Below, one piece after another: positions 56,907-64,000 of a stretch of DNA of 64,000 nt. Source of the stretch: Raillietiella orientalis (lineage: Eukaryota); NCBI GenBank assembly GCA_036172245.1, contig JAYWIR010000001.1, forward strand, positions 1,922,001 through 1,986,000, given 5' to 3'. Position numbers and translations under genes: made by a program. Numbering within the stretch: position 1 is the stretch's first letter; each line of letters opens with the position of its first letter. The notes under the pieces were generated by a model. It did not search any database, was not told the DNA's origin, and was given only the letters and a program-made list of their open reading frames with translations.

Positions 56907-59900
56907 CTGGAAAATTACGTTATCGATACCAAAGCTAAATAGAGGAAACGTACCTTCCTAACAGGCACATCAGGTTTGGATAATGATGTGAGGTTAACAA
57001 GCTGCTGAGGCATCCCTACTTGAAATGGAACAGAGTTGGCCCCTGCGTTTTGGACCTTCACTACATTAAAAGACTTTTTAAACCAATAAACGTATTCAGG
57101 AAAATTTAAAAAAAATTTTTTTTTGATTCATTACATTTTTCTTAGATCTACAAATGGAATGTTTACTTTTCATCTACCTTTCTGTCCTGAGATCGATGGT
57201 CCACCAGTTTGCATATCCCTGCTGGAAAGATTTGAAACAAGCATATCATGCATTATGGGATGTGAGTTGGAAAGTGTCTTCATGGCATTATCTTTTTCGG
57301 ATGGAGAAGCACCACTCAGCAAGGGGACTGACAAGGAGCAAGAGGGTAGACCATTTGGTAATTCTAATGTTACAACACTGGATGAAGGAGAATTACTAGC
57401 ACACTTATTTAAAGCTAGCTTGCTTTTGCGAGCTTTTTTGGCTTGAGGAATGGGATGGAGTCCTTCAGACACTTTTCTGATGGATGCACCTTCATATGGT
57501 CCATTAACCTCAGTCTCATTCACTGATTCAGGTACTGAACGATGAGTTATCAAGGCAGTGTGAAGTGCATTGCGCAATAAATCCCACTTATGATCAGAAA
57601 CCAGAGCACCACCAAGAAATCGACTATCAAAGACGCAGACCTGAAATATGGATGCGATGAATGACATTCCTGGCACATGAAAAGTTACCGAAATTGGCAT
57701 AGCAACTGGTGGCAACTTTGGAAGCGTTCTTTCATTTGACGGAGACTTATCTGATCTGTTAGTGTCTCGAGGAGAAACTACAGGAATATCAGTCTGAAAG
57801 ATGGATTCCTTTTGATCATCACTTTCCTGCAATGCCCAAATAAGAAGTTTTATTAACACCAACATAAAGGGGAAATGGGAAACAAAAATGTGAGACTAAT
57901 TACACAGTGCAGTGATGAAAAATTTAGAGAATAAAATGACCAATAGCATTTTATAGCTAGCCAGAAAAATCACAAATCTGGATGTTGATAACACTTTTTT
58001 ATAACTAGTCATACATTTAAAGCATGTGCATGGTTCCTCAAGTAGCAATATAATACCAATTTATTATGAAATATTTGAAATAACGGACATGATCTCTGAA
58101 AGTCAAACATTTTTTTTAAAATTAATTTTTAATACAAAATACTAACTTAAAGAAACGCTAAAATAAAGTGATTGCATATAAAGAAAACATTCAATATTAA
58201 CAAAACGTGCATCTCTGAATATTTTTATTGAAACAGACATACATTAATAACCTATAATTTATAACAAAAATAATCAAAATAATCAATTAAAATAAAAGTA
58301 ACACTATTTAAATTGTCAACTTTGGTTACAAGGAATTTAATGAGAATAAAAACAATGTTTTCATAACATACTCCCAATGAATACAACTCCTGATATCAAG
58401 CATTCTACAAAAACAGTCTGATGATTTTGAAATACACAATCACCTGTGATAGCAGTAGCAGTAGTAATTACAACTCTCTCTAAGTATTATTTAATAAAAT
58501 GTTGAAAACCACAGATCTAGCCATATCTCTTCAATTTTATGAATGGTAGAGACGATTTGGGACAACAAAAGAGATGGAAGCAAATTATAAACAAAACTTC
58601 AATAATTTGTCCTTTTTAAGAGAATTGCTTTCAACAAACAAACTAGTAGTCTCTTTCTAATTTTTGAAGCCATGCATACTTGATTTGGGCAAAAAATTTT
58701 AGGAAAAACAATTTAAAAAATCATGCAATTGCTTGATTTTTTAAATTATTCTACACTAAAACATAAAGGGAGAAAAAAAAAACTCATTCACATCATTTAG
58801 GAGAGAAAATTCACATCATTTAAGAGAAAAAAAATTGCTTATCACATAGCATTCATGTTCCATAAATGCTCTCACATGTTTCAATACCACTGACTCTAGT
58901 CAGTAATGACATTAGATGCAAATCTTCCTCAGGAACTGACTGATATCTGGAGCCTAGTCTTCCCTACAAAAGCAGTATAATACTTTTCAGCATAGAAAAA
59001 TGCTACACAAAGTGTAGGTACAATGCTATGCACCATATTTTTGATAGATTTTATTCTAATAATTTTGTGGATGCTCCATTATTACAAATCATATCATGAA
59101 TGTTTTCCTGTTATGAAAATTATATTAAACTTCTGATTTGTTTCTTAGTAATATTAATTCAAATCAGTCTTGTTTAACTTTTGATAGGAGAGCATTATTC
59201 TTAAGTTGAATGATAAATAATTATTGAAAGCAACACTAGGGCACAAAAGCCACTGAGAGACTGGGTTTTATTATTTCAAATAAATTAAAATGCCATGAAG
59301 ACTTAGCAAGCTCCCCTTCAAAGACTGTTGCTTAGGCTACCATAATTGAACAAAATGTACCTGCAAAAATATTTAAATATAAATTTGCTATACCTCTGGA
59401 AATATTGATTAAAATAAATATTTCTATCTAATGAAATTTTCTCACTTATCTTTGCTACCTAAGGAACATAACTTCACTACATCAGTAATGACAAATATGA
59501 TCAAGCATTCAGCATTTGAAGCATGCTTGTTTCTGTGGATTCAAGCTAATCTTTACAAATTCTATCAATCTATAATAATTCAAAGGAGACAAATAATAGA
59601 ACCAACAAAACGTATCAGTTTTAGAAATTTGCTGTTACTTTAGAATGAGTATTTTGGTACTTTCTTTCAGAATAATAATGGCAGAATAACATGAATTAAG
59701 TTATCAACCCATTATGATTTCTACAAACTTCATATGCTTTTTCATTGTTCTCACTTTGCAAGCTCTGCCTATGAAAATACCTTTTCACAAACGGATTTTC
59801 TACATTCCTTCTACGTAAATTGAACTCTTGTACAACATGGTAGTTAAAAAAAATTAATGCACTATCCTAGGTTAATGAATCCTACATAGTTCAAAATGTT

Positions 59901-62708
59901 TAAATTTTATACTTCAAAAATTGAGCCATAGTTCTCTTTAACTTATCAAGTACTTTTATTAACATTAATGTAATAATATTGCATATTTATACATCAATAC
60001 ATTAAAAATAATACAGTTTCATTACTTTCAAACATGCAGACATGATGCTGAAATCATTCATTATAAATTGCAGAGAATAAGTCAAACTTTTTGAAAAGGT
60101 AAACAAGATTTAAAAATAAATTGATTACAAAAATCCTTCCTCAATCATATAATAAAAATATTTCTTTTAAGGAAGTTATAGTTCCCAGAAAATTTTATCA
60201 AATAATCAATGTATTTAAAAATAAAAACTTCAAAATTAAGGAATGAAAACTTTCATTCATTAGAGCAAAAAATCAGTTTTCTATATGAATTCCCCTGAAA
60301 AATTCATTTTTAACAATTCTAAAAATGCAAAAAATACTCCTACAAATTTATGTATTTGTAATAAACCAATTCTCCTTCAAATCTATAAACTAGTATCTGC
60401 ACCTTATGAATAGCTGCATTATGACTTGGATGTTCAGAATTTGTTTGTGCAGCGTCAAAATGCTCCACACAAGGAATTTCATCATTCCAATTGGAAATAG
60501 AAGCACTAGAAAAACTGGCAGAAACTTGAGAGTTTTCAACTTGCTCAATTTGATTGAGCTCCCTGATATTTGAAAGTGAAAATTCTTTATTTAAAACACA
60601 AATTGGGCTCACTGACAGACTGTCACGTAAAGAATTAGTTAAGTTTGGAGATATTTCTAAATGTTCTTCACTTGCTTTAACATCTTTTCTAATTATCACA
60701 GATGACAGAGTTTGAGGTGGGGATATAAGACCAAATGAGGGTAAAATCTCATCAACTTCTGCATGTGGATAAGAGCATCCATCATGATTATTTAAAGCAC
60801 CATCAATTAGAGGAATTATAGAAGGTCTGGAAACATCAGTACCATGACATGCAGACTGATTTAAACATGAAAAACTTGGAGGAGGAGGTTGTTGTGCAGA
60901 TGGCAATGGTCCCTTAGAATAATTCTGATTCTTATTCTTTAAATTGCGTTCTGTATCTTTTTTGACTTTCTTTTCCTTTGCAAAAGATGCATTTTCATCA
61001 AACATATGCATATCCCCATGACTACCAACTGTATCATTTTCAGTATCTGATGAGTTTGGAGACAATGCATATGCATGCCATATTTCTAAAATTATAAAAA
61101 ACACATCATATTATTAATCCTACATTCTCTATACTTACGCATATGCCTCAATATTGCCTGAGGTTTCACCACCTTCTCACATATATCACAAACAACTAGA
61201 TAAAAATCATCTTGAGAAGGACAGAGTCCAAATATATCCATATCTAAATAAAAAACAAAAACAAGTGAATATAGCATTATTTCAGGAAATTATGTTGCTG
61301 TTCTGTCCCACAAAAACCATCAGAAGACTTGTAAACATCTACAATTTTCCCATTATACCACAATAAATGTACGATTATATCACAACTAGATATGTTTACG
61401 TATTAAGAGTACTCCAATCCAGAAATTAATGTACTTAATCCAAAACTGTCTATTTAAGTTCAAGCAACCTTCTTCAGGTTTGCCTTTGGATAAACAATAA
61501 TGACGCACATTTCTCAAAGAAAACATCAACTAATCTCCCTTTAAACCTCTTCATATTGAACCCTAACTATGAAGCAATGTGGAGGAAATTTACAGATACA
61601 TGAAGAAAATTTCGAACAAAATGCTGAAACTCGGTCAAAATGATTATGTACAAACTTCACAATTAACTCCATGTACAAGATACCCAACTGCCAACTTGTG
61701 CTGACATAAAATGCATGTCCATACAAAACACTTGAGCTTAGAAGAAATCTTACATCCATGACAATTACTTTCAACCTTGCATGAAAATCTACTTAATCAT
61801 ACGTACATCCTGACTTTTTTTCTTTTTTTTTCTAGAATAATTTCTGAAGGGTACACACTTGTTCTGAGCCATTCAAAATGTTGTTGACCCTACCCTGTCT
61901 TTCTAATTTAGCATGTATACTAAAACACTATTTATGATAAACTTCATAATGAATTTCTAAGTGTATGCTCTTAAACATGTTGCAAGGCAAATGTGATAAA
62001 GTAATCATGTGAATAGTTCTTTATATATGTTACTTTTATGCATACTTCTCTAATTCACTATTGGCAATCCTATATGCTCTACATAAGCTGCTGACTTTTG
62101 ATCTTGTAGTTATGCAATTCCACAAAGCTATAATATAAAGAATAGTTTTTTATTTTCTTTTTCTACAGTTGAGGAAAAATATAATCTTAATCTTAATGCT
62201 TTCATTTACAGACAAAAACATTTTTCTGCTCGCATGAATAAAAATATTGAAAAAAAAAAAAACATTTATGAAACGTTCACTACATTACTATATCTTTCAC
62301 CGACAAAACCTAGACTTACCTTCCTTTTTAAGCCTCATACAGTCTTTGGAAACTTGTAGGCTTTCTTTGATATGCTGGCATTCATCTAGGGAACACAATT
62401 AAATAATTTTAGAAAATCACTCAACAGACGTACCAATTTCAATCATATAACGATACCTCATAATAAATTATACTGATTTTTAATAGCCCTTATTGAAATT
62501 TATTAATATTGATTATCTAATTTTGTGAGTCAAAAACGAATTTTTAAAAATGACAGTACGGTACCATACTTCAACATATCCTACAAGATGTAAATGGAAA
62601 TCAAATCTAACGATACTAACTTTCTGAATTTTCCAATTTTCTTTTCTCAATCCAGGAAGACCATGGCTGGCCAAGGTAATTCATTGGGCTATCATCCTTG
62701 GCCGCCAT
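56808..62708 (-). CDS. ATXN7: Ataxin-7 / Sgf73 homologue, 8 exons, ~582 aa; exons 62708-62621, 62385-62320, 61243-61139, 61085-60403, 57826-57689, 57640-57178, 57060-56954, 56906-56808
   Basis: Diagnostic N-terminal [55 protein letters not shown] (C2H2 ZnF-Sgf73) and the C-terminal block PIS-VCVFDSRFLGG...DHKWDLLRNAL. GT-AG introns with consistent phases; joined length 1749 nt. Confidence 0.88.
56954..57060 (-). CDS. ATXN7: ATXN7 exon 7 (VKVQNAG...DVPVRK)
   Basis: Acceptor ttttaatgtag, donor AAG|gtacgt, open frame; no homology support. Confidence 0.65.
57178..57640 (-). CDS. ATXN7: ATXN7 exon 6 (VCVFDSRFLGG...WDLLRNAL...SGQK)
   Basis: Acceptor atatttcag, donor G|gtagat, ataxin-7 C-terminal conserved block. 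Confidence 0.83.
57689..57826 (-). CDS. ATXN7: ATXN7 exon 5 (ESDDQKES...PKLPPVAMPIS)
   Basis: Acceptor gcattgcag, donor gtaact, phase 0-0. Confidence 0.8.
60403..61085 (-). CDS. ATXN7: ATXN7 exon 4 (last His of the ZnF plus a long low-complexity linker)
   Basis: Follows a 53-nt intron; ~227-codon open frame in very AT-rich DNA. The donor AAG|gtgcag is weak, so the 3' edge is less certain. Confidence 0.8.
61139..61243 (-). CDS. ATXN7: ATXN7 exon 3 (zinc finger DMDIFGLCP...LRHM)
   Basis: Acceptor ttttatttag, donor gtaagt, strongly conserved peptide. Confidence 0.93.
62320..62385 (-). CDS. ATXN7: ATXN7 exon 2 (NECQHIKESLQVSKDCMRLKKE)
   Basis: Acceptor gttccctag, donor gtaagt, phase 1-1. Confidence 0.88.
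62621..62708 (-). CDS. ATXN7: ATXN7 exon 1 ([29 protein letters not shown])
   Basis: ATG in AAAATGGCG context, donor gttagt. Confidence 0.88.
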
Positions 62709-62803
62709 TTTTATTATACTTTTGATCAGGTGTAATACATAAATGACGTAAAAAAGTATGTCATTCTAAGCGGTTACATCAAAAATCTAAAGCACATTTT
62801 GAA
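62709..62803. promoter_or_regulatory. Putative bidirectional promoter/5' UTR region between ATXN7 and CFAP57
   Basis: 95 bp between divergent ATGs; CRE-like TGACGTAA at 62744-62751; YY1/Pho-like GCCGCCATTTT at 62701-62711 overlapping the ATXN7 start; local return of CpGs. Confidence 0.6.
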
Positions 62804-63009
62804 ATGGAATCGCCGAAAGCTGAAAAACTATACTGTGTTGGCATATCTCATTTTTTAAATCATGGAATTGAGTTCAAAGACAATCAAAATATTATATACT
62901 GTGCAGGAAAATCACTCATCATATGCAATGTAGATCAGAAGCGGCAACTATTCATACATACATCAGCCAAAGCTAATCGTATTTGTGGTTTTGCAGTCTC
63001 GTATAAAAA
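62804..63009 (+). CDS. CFAP57: CFAP57/WDR65-like WD40 ciliary protein, exon 1 (gene continues beyond the window)
   Basis: IEFKDNQNIIYCAGKSLIICNVDQKRQLFI...GFAVS resembles the CFAP57 N-terminal blade (FxDEQxIIFPxG...YNVDQKxQKFI); donor AA|gtacgt at 63010. Confidence 0.78.
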
Positions 63010-63152
63010 GTACGTATTTTCATTATTAACAAACATAATGATAGAATTTTAAAAAAAAACTACGGTGATAATGTGCACAGGTAATGATTTCTGAAGTTTA
63101 ACACGCAGTATGTTCTTACATAACAATGATTTCTTTTTTTTTTTTTCACAAG

Positions 63153-63263
63153 GCAACATCTTGCTGTGGCTGAAAGCAGCCAAAAATTATTCATTAAAGT
63201 ATTTGACCTTAGTTCTTTGAAGAAAAGGAAAGTTATATCCTTACAAGAATTTGGTTCTCAGGC
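63153..63263 (+). CDS. CFAP57: CFAP57-like exon 2 (KQHLAVAE...IKVFDLSSLKKRKVI)
   Basis: Poly-T acceptor ttcacaag, donor gtaagt at 63264, matches the RYLAxxE...IxIYDLxxxRKRK pattern. Confidence 0.8.
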
Positions 63264-64000
63264 GTAAGTAAATCCATACAAATTAGTTCACAATCCAAAA
63301 TCTCAGAAATACACTTAAGTTGAGCACCTGATTCACTTGATATGTTTGAAAGTACATTTCCATAAGGCATTCAAAAACAGATTAAATGAATTCCACAGTT
63401 ATGTCAAGTACACACAAAGGTCTGTGAATGTGCATGATAAATTTGTTTTTATCTGATGACTTTTTTTTTTTTTTTTTTTGCATATGCATGACACTTGCAA
63501 ATTAAATATATGTCGTAAGTTTTGACATTTTTGAATTTATTTCACTTTTTGTCAATCATTGGAAATTGGCAAAAGTTTTCAAGTTGTGAATTTTGAAATA
63601 AATTTTCCTGTTCGCCTCTTATCTATATTTGATATAAATATTTGTGCATTTCATGAAAGTGGAACAGCATTAGGAATATTTGAAAACCATAATTCCACTC
63701 AATTGCATATTTTGCTCTCATGTTAACTTTTATATTGTATTAAGATAAAATCTATCGATTTTCGATTCCCAGAAGCTCAATACTTACATCACAAATTTAA
63801 AACAGTTCTTTCAATTTTAATGTTTGGACACTGCAGGCATTAGTTGCATACATATTTTCTGATATCATCTTCAGTCTGGATCTTTCAAACAATTCATTCT
63901 TTTCGATGCAGCTAACTACAAACACTTGCCCATAAATTTTTAAAGTGTTACTTTGTTAAAACAGCTGCAGAAAAGTGCCCATTATTTATGCCTTAAGGGA

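Noticed and set aside
58876-58963. 88-nt candidate cassette exon in ATXN7 intron 4 (ttttgtag...gtgaga)
   Set aside because: Exits in phase 1, incompatible with exon 5; no ataxin-7 similarity; such sites arise by chance in AT-rich DNA

Overview
Eukaryotic, most likely arthropod, genomic DNA with three spliced genes, all reconstructed by hand from GT-AG sites and frame continuity. (1) An 11-exon + strand gene (607-45913, about 583 aa) encodes a signal-peptide-bearing, cysteine-rich, internally duplicated protein resembling the uncharacterised arthropod DUF7042-7045/PTHR22255 family. Its multi-kb introns are packed with retroelement debris. (2) An 8-exon ataxin-7 (SAGA DUB-module anchor) homologue lies on the - strand (62708-56808, about 582 aa), with no visible SCA7 domain. 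(3) The first two exons of a CFAP57/WDR65-like gene lie head-to-head with ataxin-7, with only 95 bp between the start codons. The most unusual signals are non-coding. One is a ~0.9-kb tRNA-headed SINE family (5 copies, 2 subfamilies, one with a 13-bp TSD) whose body is an array of about a dozen similar GC hairpin modules. The other is an L1/Tx1-like LINE family (at least 6 termini, one with a 20-bp TSD) that ends in a conserved hairpin-AATAAA-hairpin structure instead of poly(A). Also present are decayed R2-group (RLE) fragments, a decayed Penelope-like end with a damaged hammerhead motif, a Helitron 3' end, and a sharp shift to AT-rich, CpG-depleted DNA over ataxin-7. Nearly all ORFs in the supplied track are spurious. 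No database searches were run; family names come from motif recognition.
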